Assembly: GCA_951406725.2 (NCBI GenBank)
Contig: OX597822.1
Coordinates: 87,544,001 to 87,608,000 of the forward strand
Source of the DNA: Octopus vulgaris
Lineage: Eukaryota
Length of the DNA: 64,000 nt
Direction: 5' to 3'
Shown: one piece after another, positions 14,501 to 27,941 of the stretch
Numbering within the stretch: the first letter of the stretch is position 1
Layout of the letters: every line of letters begins with the position of its first letter
Position numbers and translations under genes: made by a program
Notes under the pieces: model-generated
What the model was told of the DNA's origin: nothing
The model's database searches: none
Seen by the model: the letters and a program-made list of their open reading frames with translations, nothing else

Positions 14501-17500
14501 CTTTTTTTTTTTTTAATTCAGTTGTATGCAACTAGATTGTTTGGAAACTTTGACAAGAATAGTTGATATTTTGAAATATTTTCCCAATTTTAATGCTCTT
14601 CATATTTGTTGATTTGTGGATATCAATAAATATTCCCCTGAACACCTGCTTTTGTTTTCAGTTTTACCAGCAACAATTCTCAAGGTTTCAGGTAGGGCAA
14701 TACCAACCAACAAATATTAATCTCAATGGGGCTGAGACAACCAGTCGTATCAGCATGTACTCTAGAGATCTTGTATTCAAAGATCTAACCCAGACTGGAT
14801 ATGCGTAATCTGCAGTTGAATACTACAGAGCATAGAGTTAATGCAGTTAGTCTGAGTTTTTTTATGACTTGCACCTCACTAGTAAGTCATTAGTTCTTGT
14901 AGAATATTATTCCATATACTCACTTTAGCCCTTAGTTTATTTAAATGCATCTTGAATGCTAAACTACACTGTAAAGATGTACAGCAAAATATTTGGGACT
15001 CTTTGTTCAACAGGTTGCCCAACTCTGGCTTAGATGGTTCTACCAGTACATAATTCTTGTATATTCTTCCTGAGTCAGCTTGTAACAAGGGCCATAACGG
15101 CTAAAGGGAACAGGGCAGACTTATGTTTCTTCATTCTCTCTTCGGTAGGTGGCACTTCAATGGCACTTTGGCTAGGGTCGGACAACCATCTCCCTCTTTT
15201 TCTGTTCCCCCTTCTGGGCAGACAACTAGTCAAATGCCACATCCAGCTAGGACTGCTAGCTCCCTTTTACTCCTGGCCATGACAACTACCACGTTATGTA
15301 GCTAGAGCAATGCTCGCTCTCTATTTTTTCAGCATGAACCTTTAACCCTTAACGACTACCGGCTTAATTACTAGCCACCATGACTGACTAAATTCACTAA
15401 TGAGGGAACAAACAGTTTGTACACCTTTTATATCATTTCACAAGCATCTTTGTAAAATGTGATGATATAAAACTTGTTACACATAACCTTGTCTGAACAT
15501 TGTCACATACGCATGTACAACACTAAACAAATGAACCAGACTAATGCTTGACTCTATCCTAAAAGGGTGATCCAAAAGCTCATCTGCAAAGTATAATGCT
15601 CCTGTTTTGGCTTCACCCTATATCTTACTCTACTTTTACCACAGGTATACTCAGTAACTATTTACAACACTTCATTCAGCATTCATTAAACATAAGCTCA
15701 ACTACTTATTCAACTCCTAGCTCAAGCAGTTTGTGTTAAATACATCAGATTGACACTTGAAACATAAGTTTTAATTTTTAAAGCTTTAGTTATATTAAGT
15801 ATCTAAATAAATGGTTCAATATCAGAATAAAGGAACATAAAATAATTGTGCTTCAAAATGGTTTAAATCATTTGACTTAAAGTTACTAAAAGATAAGCAA
15901 CTAAGACACATTAATCCAGATTAAAATCTATTTTAAATTATTTTACAGACCAAGTTGACAAGGTACCAACCTACCAACCTACCAATAGTTGATAATTTCT
16001 ATATTAACACTGGTACTATACTGTGTCTGTAACAAATAATGTACTCTATTATTTTATTATTTTATCTAATATTTTATGTTCCTAGCTGTAAATTATTAAT
16101 ACCTTATAAAATACAATTTCCTAGTGTACAAAAAGGGTACCATATAATTGTCAATCAAGTGTTTTTACTACCATGCAGTGCTAAGGTAAAATTTTTTATA
16201 GCATCCACTTCAATGCATTCTATATTTCCCGTCTCCACAAAGTATTCAGTGGTAACCCAACACAAAAATAGATTGCAAGGCATAATTATTTGGGGTCTTT
16301 TTTTACCACACACTTTAAATAAAAATGGATTGGCAAAACTTAAGTCTAAACTTTAAATACTTATTTTTTTACCACATGTAGATTTATTTACCTCTCAACA
16401 CAAGTGGTAAATAGAAGTAAAATGAAAGAAAGAAATAAGTGATGAATTTGAAACCAACCTGCAAGTTATGGCACGCAGTAAGAAGCTTATTTCGTTTGTC
16501 CCAAGCTCCTGTAAGAATAAGACGACTCTTGTCTAATTCTTTGATCATTTTGTCAACATCAGCAGAGTCAGGAGATGAAGCTGTCTCAAGTTTCTTCAGT
16601 AAATTGTTTCCTTGTTCACGAACCACTTTGAACAATTTCTGACGACCATCAATCTCAGCCTAATAATTAAATATATGAGAAAGAGAGGGGAACAAAAAGT
16701 AAGAAAATAAGTTAGAAAGTGTATGAGAGGAAAAGTGTGAAAAAGAAAAGGATATGATGGAATGAAAGTATAAAAAAAAAAATCAGTATTAAAACTAATT
16801 TCTCAGAGGATTTATTTTGTTGTATTTAAAGTTTTATTTTCCTGTGTGTGTGTGTGATTATTAGTGGCATGTGTAAATAATAGGCGCTTTCACAAACTAC
16901 AGCAGGCTCCTTCGATGTGTCGATGGGAGCATTCGACAGGACAGATATCTGTGACCTCATAAGATTATATATACTGGACAGATTAATGAAGGGGTTCTTA
17001 TCAGTCCATTTTGGTCTATACAAAGATGATACTTTAATCACAGCTAGAGGTACAAACAGGCACACCTAATTCACATGCTTATCTTCCTTGTCCTTAAGGT
17101 GACAATTCAGACCAACTTTACTGTAGTTAACTTTTTAGATGTGATGCTTGATCTGGGTGCTTGTTACAGGCCCTACTGCAAACCAAATGAAAGGCTATCA
17201 TACTTTAACAAAGCCTCCTGCCACCTACTTATTGTGTTTAAAAACCTGGTGAAGGTTGTCAGTAAGAGGATATGAAACCTATCCTTGAATAAAGATATTT
17301 TCAATGATGTGGCCCTCTATTAAACAAAGCTTTGGTAGCCAGTGGGTTCAAGGACTACATCTCCTATATGCTGGGACCTAACAACCATAAAAGAAAGCAC
17401 TACCATAAGGTCCTTTGGTTTGCCCTGCCCTTCTCACTCAGCATCAAAACCTGCATAGGAAGGGTCACTCCCAGATTAGTAAATAAGTATTTCGTGCAAT

Positions 17501-20500
17501 TCCATAGGTATGGACAATCATTTAATAGACACAACTTAGGGGTCTCATTAAGCTGTACACCCAGCATAGAAAGGATTTCAGTGAATGCCTCTAAACCCTA
17601 CACAAGTGTGGCTTAATTTTTATGCTTAAAATGGTTTTAGTTCATGCATCAGAAAATAAACGAATCAAGATTAAAGTTTCTTATTTCATTTTGCAATAAT
17701 TAAGTTCTAATCATTGTTATTCACTGATATCTCCAGAAAAGATGAACTATTCTCTACATTCAGAGTCTGACCATATTCAGTATAATGTAATGACAACTAC
17801 AGTAGGTTAAGTGCTAAGATCTCTTACAATCAAGTCTGTAACTTTCTTTCAACTTGTATATCATTTCATATTTTTGTTACTTATACCATCAATAGCCCTT
17901 AGAAAGCATCAATGTTACATCTGTTGCCATTCATCAAAAATGTCAAGAACTCTAATTACCTTTCACTATTTATCACACAAATGTATGGAACAAACTTTCT
18001 CCTTAAAATCTTAACCTATAACATCACAATATTATACTTGAGTGTCTGATCATTCTAAATATTGGTTTAAATTTTTGAGGGGCGGGTAAGTGAATTACAC
18101 TGACTTCAGTGGTCAACTTGTACTTATTTTGTCAACTCTGAAAGGATGAAAGGCAAAGTCAACCTGTGTAAAATTTGAACTAAGAACATTCTAAATAGCA
18201 GGACATTGCAAACTATATAATGAGCACACTATCTATCTAGTTCTCATGTGTGTATGTGTGTGTGCATGCATGTAAAAATATATATGTATATATATCACTA
18301 CACTACAATTTCATCCATTATTGTAGATATAAATAATACTAACTTTTCGTTCATGATGCAACTGTAACATATTCTCAGCTTCAAGGGAATCTTTGGCAAG
18401 TTCAGATGTGTTGATTTGTTTAGCCATATTACTGGACCAGTTCACCTAAATTACATGAAAATATAAAGAAGAAACAATACAATGATTTGAAGAAATGATA
18501 TAAAACTTGAGAAGATTATTGATGCTTGGTGTAGCCACTTCTAAACATTATGTAAAGTATTATAAAGAGATTAATTAAAGGTGAAGTTTTCTTGCTCAGA
18601 AAATACTGATTTGAAAAAAATGCCTTAAATCTATGTCATTACTTTACATTCAACCGAACTTCTATGAATATACATTTAGTAAATTTTTGTTGGGAAATTT
18701 TCCACAATTCTTATGGAAACAAATCTGGAGACAGATCTCTCCAAGTTTTATTCATTTCCAGAATTGTGAAAGAACTGCCTCCTCACATCATCTTTTTGCA
18801 CCTTTTCAGATTTTAGGAAGGAATGAAGAATTTCAGGCATAAATATTGAACAGATTTATCAGCTAAATACACAAAACAATTAAGAGATAAGTAGACCTCA
18901 TTAATGAATTTGAAGTTCACACTAATCTCTTTCAAATTTAGAAAGAAATGTGTGAACAATATATCAGTTGCTTTTTAATAGATGAACCTACTCAGGATGT
19001 TTAACCCTTTCAATACTAACCTGGATGAAAAATTTTTTGGTTCATAAGACCAACCCGGCCAAGAGTACCCATTGTTATTTAAGTGTGAATTTAAGCACAA
19101 ATCTCGATGTCAAGCAATGTCAGATACTATAATTCATTATTTTTATAAAGTGAAAATACACGATTTCACTTTGTAAATAGTTTAGTTATAGTATCTGACA
19201 TTGCTTGATGTGATATCTGAACTCAGATATATTGCTAGTTGAGAAGTAACAGGAACCATCCAATAAAAGGAAGAACATAGCATGTCCATATATGCTTGTA
19301 ATTTCAGGGTCTTATTGATTAGAGTAATGTCCCTCCCTATAGACTCAACAAATAGAAAAAAATTTGATGACTTTTAATGCAGTACTCTAGTGTGGGGAAT
19401 ATTTCGACTTGATCAGAGTTGAAGTAGCTATTGTCCCTAAAGAGAAGATTTAACATTGAGATGTAGTTTTCTTTCCAAAAAGTGATGTCTACTTATATGG
19501 AAGCCACTCTTCCTGCTATTTATGCATCTTTGCTGGAGGTTTGCAATAAAAAATACAGTTACTATGGTTAAGAGTGTCTCTTCATCTGGTGCTTTTAACC
19601 ATCTTACCTCACCCTGAAATCATCATCCTAGTGACTTCAATGAATAAAACTCCTTCAAACTTCCTCACTGTTTACATATCAATTCTGTTGGCATAGAAGT
19701 CTCTTCAACTAGCTAGACACACCTGACAAACATCTTTACTTTTTTTTTTTAAATGGTAGCAAGTAATTTAAGGAAGATTTGTTTACTGTTTTTAGTAGAG
19801 AAAGTAATCATGCCAACATTGCAAATACTTGACCTTCTTTTACGTACCTCCAAACATTTATTCCTCCTTCACACCTTCTGTCCTTTTCTCAAGCACAATG
19901 TACCAAGAAACACATTATTAGATATGTCAGTCTTTTCTAAGAGAGTAAGGTGTGATTTGAAGGAGATTTGGGTCAAATGACTAACTAGCTTAGGAAGTTG
20001 CACTATGGGTTGATTTGCTGTAAGAAGTCTTACACCACAGTAACTGGTAAAAGACAAGATGAATATAACTAGAATGCCTTTTATTATAAATCTGCTCAAT
20101 CAGAATGATGTACAACGAAACATCTGCCCAACATCCTTTACTGTACAGGAGAAGAGGTACAAAGGCAGATAATTCAGACTGAATATTTACTTTGCCTTAG
20201 GCTCTCAACTTCTGATGAAGTTATAGGGATGCCATCATGATAGAAGTGTGAATGTTTCTGGGTGGGCAATGCCTCAGATACAAATGATGATCATGGTCAC
20301 TCCAATGAAAGTTTGTTGTTGCTTAACCCCAAGTCACTCGGCACCTAAGATCAAAGGCTTTCCAAGTATAACTATCCCAAATTTTTTTAAAGCATCCAGT
20401 ACAAGAATATATATCCACCGTATGTTATATAAGAATATATGGGCATTGCATCTTTATTTATTTTTAAATGGTAGCAAGTGATTTAAGGAAGATTTGTTTA

Positions 20501-23500
20501 CTATTTTTAGTAGAGAAAGTAATCATGTAGAGGTTCCGAAAGTAAAGTGAATCTCCATCTTTTCTCTCAACTGAAAGAAAATACTGTAGTAATTGGGGGG
20601 GGGGGGATAAACATTGGTCTTGTCATAATCAATATGGAAAACAATAAAAATTGATATATAAGAATATAAGAATCTCCCCCTAATTCAAATATCTTAAAGA
20701 ATTCTTAAGTGTAATTTAAAAAAGAAAAATTGTTTTAAATGATTCAATTTTTTTTGGGGAAAAAAAAAAATCATGCCTTGCTGTCTTATCAAAGATAATT
20801 TGATTAAGAAACAGAAGTTTACAATCCTTCAAATTTTCAGACAACCATTAAACATTAATTACCGATTCATTAGCATCACTGAGAAATTTCAGCAGCTCAT
20901 AGGATTCAGCCAACTTTGACTTTCTGCAAAAAAAAAAAAATAATAATAAATAAATAAATAAATAAATAAAAAAATAAAAATGTCTTTGCTGAATCCTGTG
21001 TTATCTAATGAACAATCCACTCTAATCTATCCACAATTTCACAAAGAAATATTTTCTGCAGTTCATTGTACATATGCACATGATGCTGCATGAAACAACA
21101 TTGATTTAAGTATATTTGTATAGTCATATTTAACACATTTGAATGTATTTGGATGCGAGAAGATCTTCAATTCTTGATTTAGTCATGGGAGAAAATTCTC
21201 CTTCAAGACAACATCATCATCATCATTTAACATCTGCTTCCCATGTTGGCATGCATTGTTCAGGCTCCATGTCTGTTTTGGCATGGTTTCCACAGCTCGA
21301 TGCCAACCACTTTACAGCGTGTACTGGGCACTTATACACAGCACTGGCATGGGTGCTTTTTATGTGGCACCAGCACTTACGAACCTGTGAGATTAGGGAT
21401 GCTCAGCTGGAGAAGGTTACAAGGGATGAGCTTCTATGCAAGGGCAGCCATGCTTTTACTTAGATTGGTGTGTCTTTTCAAGCACAGTAAGTTGCCAGGA
21501 GTCTTGGTCCCCTTTCATCTTCCCTGTGAGTCTCAATGTTTGTAGAACCTTTCTCACCACTTTGTCCCACTTCTTCCTGGGTCAACCCTTTCTACATGTT
21601 CCCTCTACAATTAGAGATCGGCACCTCTTAATGCCACTGTCCTCATTCATATGCATTACATGGCCAAACCAGTGCAGTCTTCTCTTTTGCACACTACATC
21701 TGATGCTATGTATACACAGTTTTTCTCTCAAATCACTTACGCTCTGTTGTATATGCACACTGACATTACACATCCAGTGAAGCATACTGGCTTCATTTCT
21801 TTCAAGTCTTCACACACCCTCAGTAACCACAGCCCATGTCTCACTGACATGTAGTATAGCTGTCCATACACAGGCATTGTGCAATCTGCCTTTTAACTCT
21901 GAGAGAGAGGCCCTTTGTTACTAACGGAGGGAGTAAGCTCTCTGAACTTCACCCAGCCTGTACATATAGTAGCAGCTATGCTTTCAGAACGACCACCCCA
22001 ACTACTAACTTGGTTACTTACGTAACAGAGACTGTCTACTACTACTTCAAGGGATCCCTGCTGGTATAGGAGGGAGTCATTATTTTTATGTTCCTAGTGT
22101 TTAATGTACCTGCACATCTGCCACATGTAAAGACTACTTTCTCTGTTAGTCATCCAGTGATACAGCTACACCTCTTCTGTGTCCAAATCATCCAGTAATA
22201 CCACTGCACCTCTTTTTGTAAGTGTAAAAACATATGAGGGGCTACAAAGGACATTACTGGATCATGGGATGCATGCGTTTCTGTGACTTACTTTAATAAG
22301 AATAATTTCATTCTTATTGGGCTGTGAATGACAGATTTGATGTTGTTAGCTGACAATGAAGGCATCATCAGAATGGAAAGAGCTGGAACGAATATTACAA
22401 AGTAATCTTTCAAAACATTAACAATTCTATCAATCCAGTCGATCTTTACTTCATCAACCCTCAAAGCTTGAAAGGCAAAGTTGACTAAACCAGATTTGAA
22501 CTGAGAGCACAGGGTTAGAATAGATATTCCAAGATATTCAAATAATGCTAACTCTAATTTGTCACCATTAAGGGGATATGAAATAGTAAACAGGTGCTTA
22601 CACAATGTGGCAAGCATAATAACTTTACTAACCAAGACTACACATGCATTGACATGAAGTAAAAACTGTTGAACAGTGCTTAAATCAAATAAACAGCTTA
22701 CCGTTTCCGTAAGAGTTTTTGAAGATCTTCCCAACTAATTTTAGCTTCAGTTAATTTCTTTTCAATGGAACCAGAAAGATGGGGATATTTCTGTTCCAGC
22801 TTGTCAGCATGTTTTCCAAGTTTCTGGAATAATTAAAACTTATATTTAAAACCTCTACTTTTAATATAAAAATGACTAAATCTTTTATGCAAAAATTACA
22901 CATTAGAGCAATACAAAGCTGCATAGAAACTAAAATAATTTTTCTTATAAACTTTGACTAAAATACCTGCTTAAAACAATTTCTTAAAATATGAAGCATT
23001 AATGTCCATGTAAGAGATGCAACAGTTTAGATGATACAAAGATAGCCTAGCAACGTAAAAGGTTATTGGCTCAAAAATCATTACTAGTATGAATTTTTCT
23101 CTAGTGATAGCAGTAACTTTCAACAGATACTAGATTTTATGGAACTGCAAAAATCTAAAAGCCAAAATCGGCAATGAAAATTTTCATCCCTCTTAGTTCA
23201 ACCATACTTGATAGTCTGGAGATGGACATGCTCATTCATTTAGCTTTGGTTGTAGCTTGAATGACTCAATAGGAAAGCTTTATCCATGTCTCCCACTGCC
23301 TTTATAGAGTGAGGGAATAAGGAATTCCAAATATTTTAAACTTAGTAATTATAAGAAAATATACTTCTCAGATCATTTCTACTTTTTAAAAAACAATTTT
23401 TACCAGTGTTCAGTTTAAAAACAATAGGATCATTATGACCTATGTAACTTTTCCTACATATAATAACAAACATTTCTAATTTCAATTTATTTATGAAACT

Positions 23501-26500
23501 TCTCTGATAGAGTTGAAAGGTTAACAGAAACTTTACATTGTAGCATCGTTTCGCATGCAAGATTACTTGTTCTGTAATTTTTCAGGAACTACGAACTGTT
23601 TTGCTTCAACACTACCATAGTTATAAAATCTCTAACAAACATTCTAAAATAATGATGTTATCTTCCTCTCAAAGAAGAAAATATTCAAGGAAGTCAACCA
23701 AAAAATGTATATTTGTCTAACATTATCAGGATTTTATCTGTTTAACACAAAGCACCGTTAATTCAGATAAGTTTTAAAATTTTTTTTATTTTCCATTTTT
23801 TTTCTCTCTTCATCTGTTTTCTCTCCTTATTTCTTTCTGTAGAAAAGCATAGGCTTGAAAAGTCAAAGACTTCTATTTTTCATGAGTGCCAAATTAATAC
23901 ACCCTGATTGTTTTTCTTTCACCCGTCTCCTATTTTTTGCATATTTCTGAGCTATTATCGTAGCATTAAAACCAGGTTTTGTTTGTGTTTTGAACATTTC
24001 AGGTGAACTGCACAAATTGAGTTACATATCTCAAGGCACACAGCTATAAATGATCACTTTTCCTTTTCTTCCTCTCAGAATTGTTCTCATTTTACAATAA
24101 TATAATTTTAAAGATATTTTGAAGAAAACTTGAACTACAAACCTTAATATCAGCTTCTAGTACAGTGAAATCCATGTCAATTTTTTCTTGCTTACGTAAC
24201 AATAGCTGAACAGCTGCCAAGTTTTTCCCATAATCATCAGTCGACAACTGAACTTCCTGAATGATAAAAGGTTGATCAAACATTTAATTGGAAGTATAAA
24301 AAGAATAATATGCAATCATTCACACTAGATACAGAGTGATGACATTGTTACAGAAATGTTGTTTAAGTGTCACTCATGGTGAAATATTACTTTGTTTGAA
24401 AACAGGTAAAGGTTGGCAAGAGGAAGAGCATCCAACCATAGAAAATTTGCCTCAATAAATCCAGTCTGACCATGCAAACATGGAGAAGTAAACATTAAAA
24501 CAATAATGATGATTATTATATTTTTCAATTTACCTTTTCTTTTATTCGTTCTTTTACATCATTGACATCTCTATTAAATGCATGGATTTCAGAGTGATTC
24601 TCTAGTTCAGATTTATATTTTTTCAAAGCTCCTTGCAGTTGTCGCCAACTAGAAATATAGTACAAGATCACAAACTAAAGAACAAACATCAAGAATTTTA
24701 TTTTTGAACAAAAACATTGTTCACACAAACTAAAAAAAAAATGAAATATTGTATTAATAATTCTAATATCAATAAAATAATTTCAGCATTAATAATATAT
24801 TGCATTAACAATTCTGGATACATTTTAGAGCTTGTTTCAGTTGATACTCATAGCTGAATTAACAAAGTGAAAGTTTATAAGAAAGTGAGAACAGTGAAGA
24901 ATTCACAGATTAAATTCATCAACATTAAACATCTGTTTTTCCATGCTGGCTTGGATGGCTTTACAGGAACTGGTATGTCCAGAGGCCAAACCAGGCTCTA
25001 TAGACTGTTTTGTTTGGTTTCTATAGCTGGATGCCCTTTGTAAGTGGTTGGCATTAGGAAAAACAGACTACGGAACCTGGTGTGGTCCCTGGCCTAGCCA
25101 GTTCCTCTCAAGCTGTCCAACCCATACCAATATGGAAAACAGACATTAAGTGTTGGATGGAAATCTTGGTTTCCAATTCTTGTATCACCTTTAACCTATC
25201 TAGTAATATTTTTTCCAGCATCAGGCTATTTTTAGTTTTTATCAACCTAGAAGCAAATATTAAATCAAAATTATACTAAATATTACAGTAATAGAAAATC
25301 TTTCCTATATTGGCAGGTAATCAAACTAAATTTATTAATAATATCTTACTCTTTTATCATATGATCTCTCTTTTCTTTGGCTTCTTTATTCAACTTATCA
25401 GCTAAATCACTGATGGACTGAATTCTGTTTTCATCAACCCTGATGCCCTAGAAAAATATAATCATAAAATATTTGTTCTGAGATTACACATTTTCTAGAA
25501 TTGAATGTATTAATTAACCTACATCAAACACAAAACGAAATATGCTGCACAGATGATGGTTCACTTGCATTTAGTGATTCTGCAAAGAAAGAGACTAGAA
25601 AATGTCATTTTAAAAGGCTGCTAAATGTAGAGAATGCATGGGGAAAGGAGAGCCTGCCTAATGTGGACTCAACAGAAGGACTGGCTATTTGAATCAACAG
25701 TACCTTAGCAGATAAAGTAATTAAGGATATGAAGACAGGGAAAGCTTCCAGCCCATCAGGAATAACCACTGAGATGCTTAAAATCTCTGGCAGAGTAGGA
25801 TATAACCTGGTTACCTGTATAGTTAATCAAGTTGTGCACAAGGGAGTCATACCCAATGATTGGTGTAGTAGCATTATAGTCAGTTGCTGCAAAGGCAAAG
25901 GTGATGCCTGGACCAGGTGATGAAAGTCACAGAAAAGGTCATAGCTCAATTAATTAGGGAGAAAGTTAGCGATGAGATGGAGTTTTTTGTGCCAGGAAGA
26001 AGCATGACTGATACTATATTCCTGGTTAGGCAACTGTAAGAGAAATATCTAGCCAAAAATAAACCACTTTACTTGGCTTTTGTTCACATGGAGAAAGCCT
26101 TTGACAGGGTCTCCCACTTCCCTATCTGGTGATCAATGCAGAAGCTAGGGATAGATGAGTGGTTGGTGAGAGCTGTACAAGTCATGTATAGTGATGCTGC
26201 CAGTAAGGTGAATGTTGACAACAAATATAGCAATGAGCTCGGTGTACAGGTAGGAGTTCACCAAGGATCAGTTCTCATCCCCCACTTGTTTATCTTCATC
26301 CTCCAAGACCTCAACAGAGGAATTCAAAACTGGCTGTCTCTGGGAACTCCTCTATGCTGATGACCTAGTTCTTATAGCTGAATCACTCTATGAGCTAGAC
26401 AAATTTTAGGTGTAGAAGCAAGGTCTGGAATCTAAGGGTTAATTTAGTAAAAACCAAAGTCCTAGTAAGTAGGAAAACAGACAAATAGCAAGTCCCTTCA

Positions 26501-27900
26501 TGGAAATGGCCCTGCTCAATATGCAAGAAGGATGTTGGTAAAAACTCCATATGTTGTACCCAGTGTAAGCTTTGGAGGTGTAGTGGTAACACAGGAAGGT
26601 TAATGGAGAAAATAGTCTTCATGTGTGGCAAATGCACAGACAATAGACTCCCTCAAATAGTCAGTGGGGATCATTCATTAGAAGTAGTAGACAGCTTCTG
26701 TTACCTAGGTGACCAATTTAGTAGTGGGGGAGGAAGTTCTGAAAGTGTAGTTGCTAACATAAAAACAAATTTCGGAGAGCTTCTACCTTTGTTGGTAACT
26801 AAGGGTCTCTCCCTCAGACTGAAAGGTAGACTGTACGACGATTCCCAACATTCGAAGGGTGCTTTTTATGTGCCACCAGTACAAGTGCCAATCATGCGAC
26901 ACTGGCATCAGCATCTCAAAACATGTAATAATTTTAAAATTTTGTAATAATTTTATTCAAGTATCAAACTGGTTTCGATAATTTCTTCCTTCTCAATAGT
27001 AAAAATTGAATAAATAAAAGGTTTTTAGGAGAGTAAAGTTGCAAGGTAAAATTTGGAAATGATCAAATGTTCACAGAAATGTCAACGAGATTCACAGAGA
27101 TAGACAATTATATAAGTTTAAATGCTCAATGAAAATCATAACAAATATACATGGTGGAAGGTTCAATCATACTTTATTTTTTACTAAAAAAAAGGGGGGG
27201 GGGGAGAAAGAGAAAAAGATGGAGAGAAAGAAAAAAAAGTTTTCTTACAATTTCTGTAGTAGTACATGAGTGTTTTCATGGTCACTTGTAAGAGTTCGAA
27301 ATGTTAAAAAAGTATTTTAGCATAAATATATGTTTTTACAGTAAAGGATCAAGTTATGATTGGTTGCAAATTTGATGATGTCTTTTCTTTTTCTCGTAGG
27401 CGTTTTGGTCAAAATATATTTGTTTTAGCAAGGTTTAGCATTCTGGTTGTTTGACTTCCTGGTAATGTCATTTGTTTGCCGAACATTTCCATCCCTTGTT
27501 GACCATGGTATAACACCAAGTTCTGATTAATTTGTAAGTTTAGTGATGTCGTTTGGTTTGGTCTCAATAATTCTGTTTTGACAAAGTTCAGTATTCTGGT
27601 TGTTTGACTTCCTGAACTTTCAATCATGTATATTTGTTATGATTTTCATTGAACAGGAAAAACAGGGATAACCAAAAGGAAGACACATTACCAAATATCA
27701 AAATGCTCTAATTTAAGATAATACTTGAGCATATACAGGCACAGGAGAGGCTGTGTGGTAAGTAGCTTGTTTACCAACCACATGGTTCTGGGTTCAGTCC
27801 CACTGCGTGGCACCTTGGGCAAGTGTCTTCTACTATAGCCTCAGGCCGACCAAAGCCTTGTGAGTGGATTTGGCAGACGGAAACTGAAAAGAAGCCCGTC

Positions 27901-27941
<41 letters not shown>

